IMG/VR virus record: IMGVR_UViG_3300020036_011017
Coordinates: 10,494-74,493 of that record
DNA length: 64,000 nucleotides
Reading direction: 5' to 3' (one strand)
DNA from: a virus
Taxonomy: Duplodnaviria > Caudoviricetes
The notes below the pieces were generated by a model. The model was not told the DNA's origin, did not search any database, and worked only from the letters and a program-made list of their open reading frames with translations. Position 1 is the stretch's first letter. Each line of letters begins with the position of its first letter. The translations under genes were made by a program, and so were the position numbers. Below are positions 18,571 through 28,302 of the stretch, piece by piece.

Positions 18571-18792
18571 ATGAGTAATATAAGAGTAGTATTAGGAGCG
18601 TTAATCCTTGCAGCATCTTGTACTTTAAGAGAGACTAAAAGATCTTCTCTAGTAATATCTAATCCACAAAAAAGAAACTCTACAAAGAAAGTAAAGAACA
18701 AAAAGAGTGGAGCTAAGCAAGCTAAGTATTCAAGCACTAAGCCTGTCAAATCAAAAGTGACAAGTCAATTTAGAAATAAATCAAATATCTAA
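18571..18792 (+). CDS. Small basic protein, possible lipoprotein
   Basis: Hydrophobic N-terminus ending AASC, Lys-rich tail. Confidence 0.45.
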   Translation: MSNIRVVLGALILAASCTLRETKRSSLVISNPQKRNSTKKVKNKKSGAKQAKYSSTKPVKSKVTSQFRNKSNI

Positions 18793-19039
18793 AATTATGT
18801 GGAAAGCAATTTTAATTTTTATTATAGCATTTAATATTCTTGTACGAATACAGAAAAAGAAATGATGGTCTTTATCCAAAGTATGTTACTATTAGCTATG
18901 ATAGCTTTAGAGAACTAGAGACTGTAAGGCTTAGAGACTATGGTGATAGACAGAGATTAAGATTTATGAACGTTATCGTTTTAAAAAGTCAGGATTTAGA
19001 AACAGAAGAGATAGTTCTCTCCGAAGAAAAAATGAAATA

Positions 19040-20737
19040 ATGAATACTTATAGAATTGACTCTGTTAATAAGCAGCTAGTTTTAAATTTTGATTTTAAAG
19101 ATAAGTTAATAGTTGATTCTATAAAAAAAGTAAGTTACATCGCTAGGTATAATCCCATTTTAAAGATTTGGATTATACCTATCGATATTTATAGCAAACT
19201 TAGAATTTATCCATTTTTAAAAGAATGGAGCTTTAAATATAAGTCAGAAAAAAAAGACGAGCTAGAGAAATTTAGTTACTCAGTTCCTAAAAGCAAAATG
19301 CTAGAACTAGTAAAAGTCATTGGAAGAAAAAAGTTTACTTACAAGCCCAGACTCTATCAATTTGAAGCGTTAGATTATGGTATAGAAAAAGGAAGTTTTA
19401 TCAATGGAGATGACGTTGGAATAGGGAAGACATTTGAAGCTATTATGTATGCTGAATATACTAGCTCTTTTCCCTGTCTTGTAATTTGTCCAGCCTCAGT
19501 AAAGTACAATTGGGCAGAGAAGTGGGCAGAGATTGTAGGAGCAGAGAGATCTATCTCTGTTATAGACTCTCTAATAACCAAAAAGAGACCTCGAAATTGG
19601 AATACTGATATAGTTATCATTAATTACGATATTATCGGTAAGAAACAAGGAAAAGGCGCCACAGTCAACTTTCCAGAGCTTCTTCTCATTAAGTGGAAAA
19701 TGTTTATAATGGATGAAGCTCATTTTTTGAAAGAAAAAACATCTCAAAGAGCAAAAGCAGCAAAGCTAATTACTAAGAAATCTAGCGCTATAATCCAAAT
19801 GCTAACAGGTACAGCTACAATGTCAAGACCATCTGAACTATGGAATCTCTTAGTCATTCTAAAAAAAGATCATCTAATAGCAGATAGTTGGGAAGAATTT
19901 ATTCAGAGATATTGTAATGGCTTTAAAAATAAATATAGTTGGGAATTTTCTGGAGCTACTAATTTATTAGAGTTAAACAGAAAGCTTAGAAATCTCTGCT
20001 ACTTAAGAAGAGAAAAAAGAGATGTATTGAAAGAATTACCTTTAGCTATTAAAACTATTTTAAAAGTTTCAGTAACAAATTCTAAAGATATAAAAAGAGC
20101 TAGCGAAGATCTAATTCAATATCTCTATGAGACAAAAGGTGAGGAGGCAGCAGAGTCAGCAATGGAGGCACAGGCTCTGGTTTTACTTGGAGTATTAAGA
20201 CAACTAGCTATTGCTGGAAAAATGAAGGAGATAGAGCAGTATCTTAGAGATTGGAAAGTAGGTGGAAAAAAACTTGTAATCTTTGGAATCCATAGAGAGT
20301 TCTTAGAAGATCTTTCTAAAAAATTCAATAGTAAGCTACTTGCGGGTGGAGTCTCTGCAATAAAAAAACAGCAAATAATAAAAGAATGGATTTCTAATGA
20401 TGAGCCTTTTTTATTTGCTAACCAAGCATCTGCAGGAACAGGAGTAGATGGATTGCAGAAAGTTTGCTCAAATATGTTAGTAATTGAACTTCCTTGGAGG
20501 CCATCAGATATTGAGCAGTTTGTAGCTAGAATTGATAGATCAGGACAAACAGAACCGCCTAATATTAACTTTATGCTTTCAGATGATACTATCGATAAGC
20601 AGATGTGGCAAATGTTAGCAGAGAAAGAAGTAATGACTTCAGCAGCTAATCAGGGAGTTGATATTGAGAAAGAGCAGAGTGGAATGAAAATGGTTCTAAA
20701 GATTTTAGTAGAAGAAAATAAAAATTTAAAAACTTAA
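19040..20737 (+). CDS. SNF2/HARP-like DEAH helicase
   Basis: DDVGIGKT, CPASVKYNW, DEAH, LTGTA, GTGVDGLQ, PWRP and QFVARIDRSGQ motifs. Confidence 0.9.
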   Translation: MNTYRIDSVNKQLVLNFDFKDKLIVDSIKKVSYIARYNPILKIWIIPIDIYSKLRIYPFLKEWSFKYKSEKKDELEKFSYSVPKSKMLELVKVIGRKKFTYKPRLYQFEALDYGIEKGSFINGDDVGIGKTFEAIMYAEYTSSFPCLVICPASVKYNWAEKWAEIVGAERSISVIDSLITKKRPRNWNTDIVIINYDIIGKKQGKGATVNFPELLLIKWKMFIMDEAHFLKEKTSQRAKAAKLITKKSSAIIQMLTGTATMSRPSELWNLLVILKKDHLIADSWEEFIQRYCNGFKNKYSWEFSGATNLLELNRKLRNLCYLRREKRDVLKELPLAIKTILKVSVTNSKDIKRASEDLIQYLYETKGEEAAESAMEAQALVLLGVLRQLAIAGKMKEIEQYLRDWKVGGKKLVIFGIHREFLEDLSKKFNSKLLAGGVSAIKKQQIIKEWISNDEPFLFANQASAGTGVDGLQKVCSNMLVIELPWRPSDIEQFVARIDRSGQTEPPNINFMLSDDTIDKQMWQMLAEKEVMTSAANQGVDIEKEQSGMKMVLKILVEENKNLKT

Positions 20738-20739
20738 CT

Positions 20740-21006
20740 ATGGAGATGCAATATATCATCTTAGTATTATTAGCAGTAGTCTGCGTGTCTATTTCAATTA
20801 GGCTCTTTTTTGAAACTCTATATTCTCTTGATTTTTCTAAGAGATATTTTTTAAGAGATAAAGTAGAACTTTATCTTACAAGATTAGGAGAGTCTCTAAA
20901 TAAAAGTCCTATCAAAATCTTTTCTTTTTTATGTAGAATAGTAGGCTTAATAACAATAAGTTATCTAGTGTATAAAATAATAAATCTATCTATATCGTGC
21001 ATATAA
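20740..21006 (+). CDS. Hypothetical membrane protein
   Basis: Two hydrophobic segments. Confidence 0.6.
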   Translation: MEMQYIILVLLAVVCVSISIRLFFETLYSLDFSKRYFLRDKVELYLTRLGESLNKSPIKIFSFLCRIVGLITISYLVYKIINLSISCI

Positions 21007-21545
21007 TCGCTTATACAGATGGTTCAGCCTCAGTAGCTGGAGATCTAAAAGGATGCAGTGGTTTTGGAACTTACTTTCCTGATTTATTTGGAGAGAAGAA
21101 AGCTTTCTCTTTAGGCTTTGAACAAGGCAAGACAGGTGAGATGGAAGTATTAGCTCTTCTTTATGCAATTAGACAGATTCCAACTTCATTGAAGGAGTCA
21201 GTAAAGTTAACTATTTATTCAGATTCAGAATATGTAGTAAAAACTTTTACAGAAAATCGCTTAGAGAAGTGGAGAAAAAATAATTGGAAGAATACCTCTG
21301 GAGAGGTTAAGAATAAAGAACTATGGATTTTGATCCATCAGGCTTTAGAAAAGAGAAAGCATTTAGAGCTTGAACTAGTCCATATCAGATCACATCAAGT
21401 AGAGAAAGAAAAGAACCTTGTTAGAAAGCAATGGTTATTAGAAAGTCCTCATATCATTGGTAATCGAGTAGCAGATGAGTTAGCTAACTATAAGAGACAT
21501 AAACAGAGAATTCCAGATATCTCCTATCTAAATCTTTTTAAATGA
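20997..21545 (+). CDS. rnhA: Ribonuclease HI
   Basis: YTDGS, GEMEVLA, YSDSEY, WRKNNWK..VKNKELW, HIRSH and GNRVADELA. Confidence 0.88.
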   Translation: MHIIAYTDGSASVAGDLKGCSGFGTYFPDLFGEKKAFSLGFEQGKTGEMEVLALLYAIRQIPTSLKESVKLTIYSDSEYVVKTFTENRLEKWRKNNWKNTSGEVKNKELWILIHQALEKRKHLELELVHIRSHQVEKEKNLVRKQWLLESPHIIGNRVADELANYKRHKQRIPDISYLNLFK

Positions 21546-21724
21546 AAAGTCCTTTTACAGATAGAGAAATGAATCTTGTCTCTACGCCACAATGTCCTAG
21601 AGCAGATAGATACTATCAATGTAAGGATACTAAAGCTTTGTTTTTATTCAATCATATTACTAAAGAAGATTTAATTGAATCGCAAAAGATTAAAAAGATT
21701 TTACTTGATGCAATGAAAGCCTAG
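21542..21724 (+). CDS. Small hypothetical protein
   Basis: 60 aa, coupled to rnhA (ATGA overlap). Confidence 0.6.
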   Translation: MKSPFTDREMNLVSTPQCPRADRYYQCKDTKALFLFNHITKEDLIESQKIKKILLDAMKA

Positions 21725-21736
21725 CCTAAAACTAAG

Positions 21737-21803
21737 CGTTTTTAACCATAATCTTCTTAAAACAATCTCTTAATACAATTTTTAAAAACCAAGACTTTAA
21801 ACG
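21737..21803. repeat. 67-bp imperfect palindromic element, copy C (overlaps hairpin 21786-21825)
   Basis: CGTTTTTAACC...CTCTTAATACA...GACTTTAAACG followed by TTTATTTT. Confidence 0.6.
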
Positions 21804-21843
21804 TTTATTTTGAAGTCTTGGTTTTATCATTTTAAAAGTTTTC

Positions 21844-21928
21844 TAAAAGTTTTTGCTATAAAATTAGTTTAATAGAAATCTGCTACTTATCTTTACAGAG
21901 TAGAAATTTAAAAAACAAATCATTATGA
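21844..21928 (+). promoter_or_regulatory. Promoter/leader cassette, copy 4
   Basis: 85 nt with two mismatches relative to 46464-46548. Confidence 0.8.
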
Positions 21929-22071
21929 AAACTCAAGTAAAAATAAATAAGACAGAAGTAAAGGTTGGATCAGCTCACGCTAACGTACTCTTAGGAAAGA
22001 CTAGAGGTTATCAAAACTTCTTTATTAAGTATGTTTTAGAAAATAGAGATTTATTCATAATAATAGATTAA
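21925..22071 (+). CDS. Small hypothetical protein (48 aa, not in the ORF track)
   Basis: MKTQVKINKTEVKVGSAHANVLLGKTRGYQNFFIKYVLENRDLFIIID, directly behind cassette 4. Confidence 0.6.
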   Translation: MKTQVKINKTEVKVGSAHANVLLGKTRGYQNFFIKYVLENRDLFIIID

Positions 22072-22072
22072 A

Positions 22073-22549
22073 ATGGAAAATTTACTAATTAGCTGTTTTT
22101 CTTTAGCTAAGTCAAATAATGGATTTTTTAAATCTGAGAAACAGGCTGAATTTCTAATCTCTAAAATTAATGAGAGAGATGGAAATATTGGTTCAGTAAC
22201 AAGTGGTTATAATTCTTGTCCTGTCTTTGCTAATCTAGATAATAAAGGAATTTTAAAAATAGTAAAATCTACTAAATCAGGAGAGATAGTTATGTTTGAA
22301 AGAGTAGTAGAGAATCAACTTAACTCTATTCAGATAAAAGAGATCAACTCACTAGAAAAGCTACAGAAAAAACTAGAGAAAGAATTATTAAGAAAAAGAT
22401 CCTCTTTTAATGATGGATCTTATAATGGTACAGGAGACTCTTCTACATACTCTAAAGATTTAATTGAGAGATATTTAAGATTTACAGCAGAGTTAGAAAA
22501 TAGAATTATAAGCATAGACAGAAAAATTTCTGCTATTAAATTAAACTAG
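22073..22549 (+). CDS. Hypothetical protein
   Basis: 158-aa ORF. Confidence 0.75.
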   Translation: MENLLISCFSLAKSNNGFFKSEKQAEFLISKINERDGNIGSVTSGYNSCPVFANLDNKGILKIVKSTKSGEIVMFERVVENQLNSIQIKEINSLEKLQKKLEKELLRKRSSFNDGSYNGTGDSSTYSKDLIERYLRFTAELENRIISIDRKISAIKLN

Positions 22550-22555
22550 AAAATT

Positions 22556-22810
22556 ATGAAAGAGTTACTTTTTAAGTTCTTAGCTTGGCTATTTCCAAGT
22601 GAGAAAGATTTATTGAAAAATAAGCACCTAATTCTAAGATCGCTATTTATTTGTGAGCATCAAGAATTAACAACTGAGGAGAGTCTAGAGCTCTTTCAGT
22701 CAATCCAGAGAGAATTCCATAGAGAGCTACAGAAGAGATATTTAGATGCTAAAATCGAAGCTGAGTTCATTGATGGATATTTTAGGCTAATTAGTGAAAA
22801 AGAAGAATAA
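22556..22810 (+). CDS. Hypothetical protein
   Basis: 84-aa ORF. Confidence 0.65.
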   Translation: MKELLFKFLAWLFPSEKDLLKNKHLILRSLFICEHQELTTEESLELFQSIQREFHRELQKRYLDAKIEAEFIDGYFRLISEKEE

Positions 22811-22825
22811 TTAAAAACTAGAGTT

Positions 22826-23755
22826 ATGCAGAGAAAAACGATTAAAAAGGTAATTGTAAGAAAACTAGATGGTTGGTTAAGTACAATTGAAGACACAGTC
22901 TTAAGACAAGAAGTTAGAAAAAACATTCTTGTATCAGGTGGTTCAATCACATCACTATTCCAGGGACAGCCTGTTAATGATTATGATATTTATATCCAAG
23001 ATATGGATGTCTTAATAAAATTAGCAAAATATTATTGCCCAGGGATTGTTCTTGATGGTAGATTAAAAGATGAGTACATCAAAAACCGTTTTCCAAAATA
23101 CGACCCATTACAGCCCTATATAAAGAATACTGATGAGCTCTATACTCCAGAACTTTTAGTTAGATTATTGACTTTGAAAGAAGACCAAGTCAAATTAGAC
23201 ATTGAGTCTGCAGGTAGAAGAATCGATCTCATAAAAGAAGTAGATAAAGAGCCTGCTAAATATCAAGCTGCCTTTTTATCACAAAATGCTATTTCGCTTA
23301 CTGATGACTTACAAATCGTTCTTAGATTTAATGGAAATTCAGAACAGATCCATAAAACTTTTGACTTCATACACGCTACTAATTATTTCACTTTCAAAGA
23401 AGGGTTAGTAACTAATATTGATGCTTTAGAATCTATCCTTACAAAAACTTTAAGATATCAGGGTAGCCTTTATCCATTGACTTCTATAATCAGAATGAAA
23501 AAATTCTTAAATAGAGGATGGTCAATCAATGCAGGAGAGATTCTTAAAATTATGTTTCAGATTAGTGAGCTTGATTTAAAAAATGTCGAAGTATTAGAGG
23601 AGCAGTTAATTGGAGTAGATATTGCCTATTTTTCTACTCTTATTGAGATAATCAGAGGAGTGTCTCCAGAGTCTATGAATAGCTCATATCTAAACAGTCT
23701 TATAGACAAAGTTTTTGGAGATGAAGAAGACGAACAAGAGAAAGAAGAAGAGTAA
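22826..23755 (+). CDS. Pol-beta-fold nucleotidyltransferase (tRNA nucleotidyltransferase / poly(A) polymerase head-like)
   Basis: VSGGSITSLF....NDYDIY (GG/DxD), later TDDLQIV and FDFIH, ending RMKKFLNRGW. Confidence 0.6.
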   Translation: MQRKTIKKVIVRKLDGWLSTIEDTVLRQEVRKNILVSGGSITSLFQGQPVNDYDIYIQDMDVLIKLAKYYCPGIVLDGRLKDEYIKNRFPKYDPLQPYIKNTDELYTPELLVRLLTLKEDQVKLDIESAGRRIDLIKEVDKEPAKYQAAFLSQNAISLTDDLQIVLRFNGNSEQIHKTFDFIHATNYFTFKEGLVTNIDALESILTKTLRYQGSLYPLTSIIRMKKFLNRGWSINAGEILKIMFQISELDLKNVEVLEEQLIGVDIAYFSTLIEIIRGVSPESMNSSYLNSLIDKVFGDEEDEQEKEEE

Positions 23756-23809
23756 ATAATATCTCCACATTTATTAGATTTTAAGGGAGGAGAAAGATTA
23801 AAATCTAGG

Positions 23810-23884
23810 CGTTAAGTAGCTCAGTTGGCTAGAGCTCATCATTTTTAATGATGGTAAGCACAGGTTCGAGTCCTGTCTTAGCAG
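23810..23884 (+). tRNA. tRNA-Lys(TTT), CCA not encoded
   Basis: D arm GCTCAGTTGGCTAGAGC, anticodon arm CATCA-TTTTTAA-TGATG, T arm ACAGG-TTCGAGT-CCTGT; C1:A72 mismatch. Confidence 0.8.
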
Positions 23885-23910
23885 CAAGTAATAATTAAAA
23901 AGTTAAGAAA

Positions 23911-24474
23911 ATGAAAAATGTATTTTTAAGAGGCGATTCTAAAAGAACTAAAAGTCCTGGAGACTTAGTCCTTAGCAAGTTCAATGAGCTACATATTTTT
24001 ACTAAGAATGATGGAATAGAATATGGTAAAACTACTGAGAATCAAAAAATCTACATCGTCATAGAGATGAAAGTAAATTTTGGAGATTGGTATTTATCCT
24101 CTAAAGGAGTTGAAAATAGCTCTAGTATCTCTCCTAAAATAGAACAAAAAATTCTTTTAACAAATGACAGAAAACTAATCAAAGAAGGAGTAAAAGAAAT
24201 TCCACTCTATTTTTTAGTAAAGTATATAGATAGCTATAATGAAGGAAAGATTATGGAAGAAATAGCTCCATTATACATATACGAACTGCTAGCTCCAGTC
24301 TTGCCATTAAGCCCAAGAAGAAGCGCTTTAATGAATACAGAACCTCTACCAATCGCAGTTGAAAAGTTCCAATTTAGAGAATCAGTAGTTAATAAACTAG
24401 ACTCTCTTCTAAAAGAAAAGTCTAATGATAAAACTTACGTAGTTCAATTCCAAGACTACATTAACTCTCTATAG
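23911..24474 (+). CDS. Hypothetical protein
   Basis: 187-aa ORF. Confidence 0.7.
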   Translation: MKNVFLRGDSKRTKSPGDLVLSKFNELHIFTKNDGIEYGKTTENQKIYIVIEMKVNFGDWYLSSKGVENSSSISPKIEQKILLTNDRKLIKEGVKEIPLYFLVKYIDSYNEGKIMEEIAPLYIYELLAPVLPLSPRRSALMNTEPLPIAVEKFQFRESVVNKLDSLLKEKSNDKTYVVQFQDYINSL

Positions 24475-24475
24475 T

Positions 24476-25051
24476 ATGGAGCAAAGATTTTTATTAGATG
24501 ATCTCAAAAAAAGACTAGATGAAATTTCTGAAAGAGAAGAAGTAATCATTCAACACCCAAGGCAGGGAAAGAGTTATTCTGCTTTAGTTAGATTCATAGA
24601 ACAGATAAGAGAAGTAGAGAAGATTGATAGAAAGCAGCTTGTAGTTGTTATGTCTAGTAATATATCTAATGATATAAAGATCTTAGAAGCTGCTATTAAA
24701 TCATTTCCTAATATTGAAATAGTCTGCTATAATAATGCTATAGGAACTATGGGGACAGTTATCATACCTAAAGATAGAAATTGTTTTGATAAAATCGTAG
24801 AGTATGGAATGGATTTTGGATGTGAGTTAGATAGATCTAGTTTGGTAAGACTGTTTCCTAACCAAGAAGGTTATAGAGCTGAGTTAGTTAAAGACGTTAG
24901 CATAATGAAACTTAAAGACTACCCAATAATCCAACCATTAGTAGAAAAGCATTTTGACTACAAATCAGGTAAGAGGAAAGGGAAGTATAGTAAATATCAT
25001 AATAAACATTTTCACAATAATAAACACTACAATAATAAACCCAAATATTAA
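24476..25051 (+). CDS. Hypothetical protein
   Basis: 191-aa ORF with a His/Asn/Lys-rich tail. Confidence 0.7.
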   Translation: MEQRFLLDDLKKRLDEISEREEVIIQHPRQGKSYSALVRFIEQIREVEKIDRKQLVVVMSSNISNDIKILEAAIKSFPNIEIVCYNNAIGTMGTVIIPKDRNCFDKIVEYGMDFGCELDRSSLVRLFPNQEGYRAELVKDVSIMKLKDYPIIQPLVEKHFDYKSGKRKGKYSKYHNKHFHNNKHYNNKPKY

Positions 25052-25068
25052 TTAATAAATACCCGAGA

Positions 25069-28000
25069 ATGGAGATTGTAAAAGACTCAGAAGCAAAACA
25101 GATTTACAGTAAAGAAGAAGTTAAAAAATCAACGCTAGAATACTTTGGAGGAGATGAGCTAGCAACTAAAGTTTGGATTGATAAATATAGTTTGAAGAAT
25201 AAGATCCATAATAAAAATGGAGAGACTATAGAGTATTATGAGTTAAATCCAGATATGATGCACAGAAGAATAGCAAAAGAGTTTGCTAGAATTGAAGCTA
25301 AGTATCTAAACCCTCTTTCAGAAGAAGAGATTTACCAACTATTAAAAGATTTCAAGTATGTAATTCCACAAGGCTCTCCAATGGCTGGTATAGGAAATCC
25401 ATTCGTAAATACAAGCATCTCTAATTGTTTCTTAATAGGGAATCAGCCAGATTCTTATGGAGGGATTATGAATGCTGACGAAGAGCAGGTTCAGTTAATG
25501 AAAAGAAGAGGAGGAGTAGGACAAAGTCTTGACCACTTAAGACCATCAGGAGCAATGGCTGGAAATACACCTTTAGGAGCATCCTGTGGAATGACTCTTT
25601 ATATGGATCGTTATTCAAACTCTACTAGAGAGGTTCAGCAGGATGGAAGAAGAGGAGCTTTAATGTTATGCGTTAGCGTTGAGCATCCTGACTCAGAAAA
25701 ATTCATTGATAAAAAGATGACTCCTGGAGCTGTTACTGGTGCAAATGTTTCTATTAAAATCTCAAGAGAGTTTATGAAGGCAGAAGCAGAAGGAGTTCCA
25801 TTTTTTCAAGTCTTTCCAGTCAATGCTAATATCTGTGAGATACTTGAAGTAGCAGAAAGTTATCTTCATATCGCTACAGAAAATTATAAATTTGATAAAC
25901 TCTACTCTGGTAAAGAAATCAATGGACAAAGGACTTATTTTAAGAAAGTAGATCCTAAAAAGATTTGGAAAAAATTATGCCATAATGCTTGGAAGTCAGC
26001 AGAGCCTGGAATCTTATTTTGGGACCAAATTTTAGAAGAATCTCCTTGCAGATTTTATGGAGCTGAGTGGGAGGAAAAAGGGACTAACCCTTGCTTCACA
26101 GGTGATACTTTAGTAGCTGTAGCCGATAAGAGAAATTTTGTCTCTTTCAGACAATTAGCAGAAGAAGGAGCAGAGGTAGAAGTTTTCAGTGAAAGTGAGA
26201 ATGGAACTATAGTCATCAAGAAGATGAGAAATATTAGAGTAGTTGCTGAAAAGCAAAAAATCTTTAAAATTCTCTTCACAAGTGGAGAGTTCATTCGAGC
26301 AACTAAAAGCCATAAATTCTTTTTAAAGAATAATGAGAAAATTGAAGTTCAAAATCTTAAAAATGGACAACACCTAAAAATAGCTTCAAAGTTTAAAAAT
26401 TCAAGAGGCCAGGGTATTGTTAATAAAAATACAGTGCTATTTGGAGATCTTCCATCTTTTATAATTAAATCTATTACAGAGGATGGAGTAGAAGATGTTT
26501 ACAATGGAATAGTAGATGACTATCATAATTATTTCGTAGGAAATTTAAAAGGGAAGAAAACTACTACTACAGGACTATCAAACTCGATTAAAACAACAAG
26601 ATTATCTACTTCAATTAAGACAGCAAATTGTGGAGAAATTCCTTTGCCTCCTGATGACTCTTGTAGATTATTATTGCTAAATCTTTATGGTTATATCTCT
26701 AATAAGTTTACAGCTAATTCTATGTTTGAAGATACTCTATTTACAAACCACGTAAACTCAGCAATGAGACTAATGGATGATATTGTAGATTTAGAAATAG
26801 AGAAGATAGACTCTATTTTAGAGGAGATTGCTTCTAAACCTTACGATGATAAATTTCAGAAAGTTGAAAGAGAGCTTTGGTTAAAGATTCGTAAGAAAGC
26901 ACAAGATGGAAGAAGAACAGGATTAGGCATTACAGGAGAAGGAGATATGATGGCTGCCTTAGGCATTAAATATGGCTCTGAGGAAGGTACATTATTTTCT
27001 GAAAAACTACATCAGCTTTTAGCTACTGAAGCTTATACAGCTTCTATTGAGTTAGCAAAAGAAAGAGGCGCTTTTCCTTTATGGAATCCAAATGATATTG
27101 AAGAAAGTGGTTTTCTTAGCAGAATGTTTTCTACAAAAGAAAATGAGATAATGACTGAGGAAATTATAATGGACGCTATAAGATTTGGTAGAAGGAATAT
27201 TGCTATTCTTACTATTGCTCCTGCAGGTTCAGTTTCTCTTCTTTCGCAAACTACTAGTGGAGTTGAACCAATGTTCTTTCCTTGGTATTTTAGAAAGAAA
27301 AAAGTTACAGATGAGCTACACTTTGACTATACAGATGAGGTAGGAGATAAATGGATTGAGTATCCAGTTTTTCAAAAGACCTTTATAGACTTCTATGCAG
27401 GTGCAACTGGTATCCCTTTTGAGAAAGCTAAATTCATTTTAGACAATCTTAAAGAAGCAGAGCTAATGGCAATCTTTGAGAAATCTCCATACTTTGGAGC
27501 TACTTCAAGAGATGTAGATTATGTAGAGAAAGTTAGAATGCAAGGAGCAATCCAAAAATGGGTAGATCACTCTATTTCTGTTACTGTCAATATGCCAGAA
27601 TCAGTAACTGAGGAAATGGTTGAAGCTGTTTATAGACAAGCTTTCGAGTCAGGTTGCAAAGGAGTAACAGTTTATAGAGATAACTCAAGAGGAAACGTTC
27701 TTTCTGTTACATCAGTTGCTAAAAAAGAAGAAGAAGCATTTGGCTATATTCATTCAATTAAAAGACCAAGTGAGCTAAAATGTGATGTCTTCTTTAAGAC
27801 CTCAAGAGGAAGTGACTATGCTATCTTTATTGGTAAATTAGAAGACAAGCCTTATGAAGTCTTTGCTATTCCAAATAATGGACCTACTAAGCTATCTAAA
27901 AAACTTAAGGAAGCCGTGATAGTGAAACAAGGCAAAGGAGTATATACTTTGATGTCTACAGGTGGAGAAACTCTAGTACAAAGTTTAAGTGACTATATGA

Positions 28001-28245
28001 TTGAGAATGAGCAGAATTCAACTAGAATGCTTAGCTCTCTTTTAAGACATAGAGTAGATCCTAAGTTTGTAGCTGAAACTATTTTCAAATTTGCTACTAT
28101 AAACTCTTTCCATCAAGTAATAGCTAAAGTTCTACAAAGCTACTCAAAAGAGAGTGGAGAAAAATGTCCTGAATGTAAGACAGTAATGTCTATGACTGAA
28201 GGATGCAAGAAGTGTCCAGAGTGCGGCTATAATGCCTGTAACTAG
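25069..28245 (+). CDS. nrdJ: Class II (B12-dependent) ribonucleotide reductase with intein
   Basis: SISNC, RRGGVG, QDGRRGALM, SAEPG, NP-intein-CGE, IAPAGS, TSGVEP, DHSISVTVN, GCKGVTVYRD; C-terminal TSCPD and zinc-ribbon region; no small subunit adjacent. Confidence 0.92.
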   Translation: MEIVKDSEAKQIYSKEEVKKSTLEYFGGDELATKVWIDKYSLKNKIHNKNGETIEYYELNPDMMHRRIAKEFARIEAKYLNPLSEEEIYQLLKDFKYVIPQGSPMAGIGNPFVNTSISNCFLIGNQPDSYGGIMNADEEQVQLMKRRGGVGQSLDHLRPSGAMAGNTPLGASCGMTLYMDRYSNSTREVQQDGRRGALMLCVSVEHPDSEKFIDKKMTPGAVTGANVSIKISREFMKAEAEGVPFFQVFPVNANICEILEVAESYLHIATENYKFDKLYSGKEINGQRTYFKKVDPKKIWKKLCHNAWKSAEPGILFWDQILEESPCRFYGAEWEEKGTNPCFTGDTLVAVADKRNFVSFRQLAEEGAEVEVFSESENGTIVIKKMRNIRVVAEKQKIFKILFTSGEFIRATKSHKFFLKNNEKIEVQNLKNGQHLKIASKFKNSRGQGIVNKNTVLFGDLPSFIIKSITEDGVEDVYNGIVDDYHNYFVGNLKGKKTTTTGLSNSIKTTRLSTSIKTANCGEIPLPPDDSCRLLLLNLYGYISNKFTANSMFEDTLFTNHVNSAMRLMDDIVDLEIEKIDSILEEIASKPYDDKFQKVERELWLKIRKKAQDGRRTGLGITGEGDMMAALGIKYGSEEGTLFSEKLHQLLATEAYTASIELAKERGAFPLWNPNDIEESGFLSRMFSTKENEIMTEEIIMDAIRFGRRNIAILTIAPAGSVSLLSQTTSGVEPMFFPWYFRKKKVTDELHFDYTDEVGDKWIEYPVFQKTFIDFYAGATGIPFEKAKFILDNLKEAELMAIFEKSPYFGATSRDVDYVEKVRMQGAIQKWVDHSISVTVNMPESVTEEMVEAVYRQAFESGCKGVTVYRDNSRGNVLSVTSVAKKEEEAFGYIHSIKRPSELKCDVFFKTSRGSDYAIFIGKLEDKPYEVFAIPNNGPTKLSKKLKEAVIVKQGKGVYTLMSTGGETLVQSLSDYMIENEQNSTRMLSSLLRHRVDPKFVAETIFKFATINSFHQVIAKVLQSYSKESGEKCPECKTVMSMTEGCKKCPECGYNACN
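26092..26628 (+). mobile_element. Mini-intein (179 aa) in NrdJ at the catalytic NP/CGE motif
   Basis: Starts CFTGDT, block B TKSHKF, block F VYNGIVDDYHNYF, ends KTAN followed by extein Cys. Confidence 0.9.
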
Positions 28246-28261
28246 AGAATAATTATTAATT

Positions 28262-28291
28262 AAAAAGGCTATAGAGATATAGCCTTTTTTT
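28262..28291 (+). terminator. Rho-independent terminator
   Basis: AAAAAGGCTATA-GAGA-TATAGCCTTTTTTT. Confidence 0.8.
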
Positions 28292-28302
28292 AATTTCAAA
28301 AA

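Noticed and set aside
24476-25051. P-loop NTPase suggested by HPRQGKS
   Set aside because: No convincing Walker B or surrounding fold pattern; left as hypothetical.
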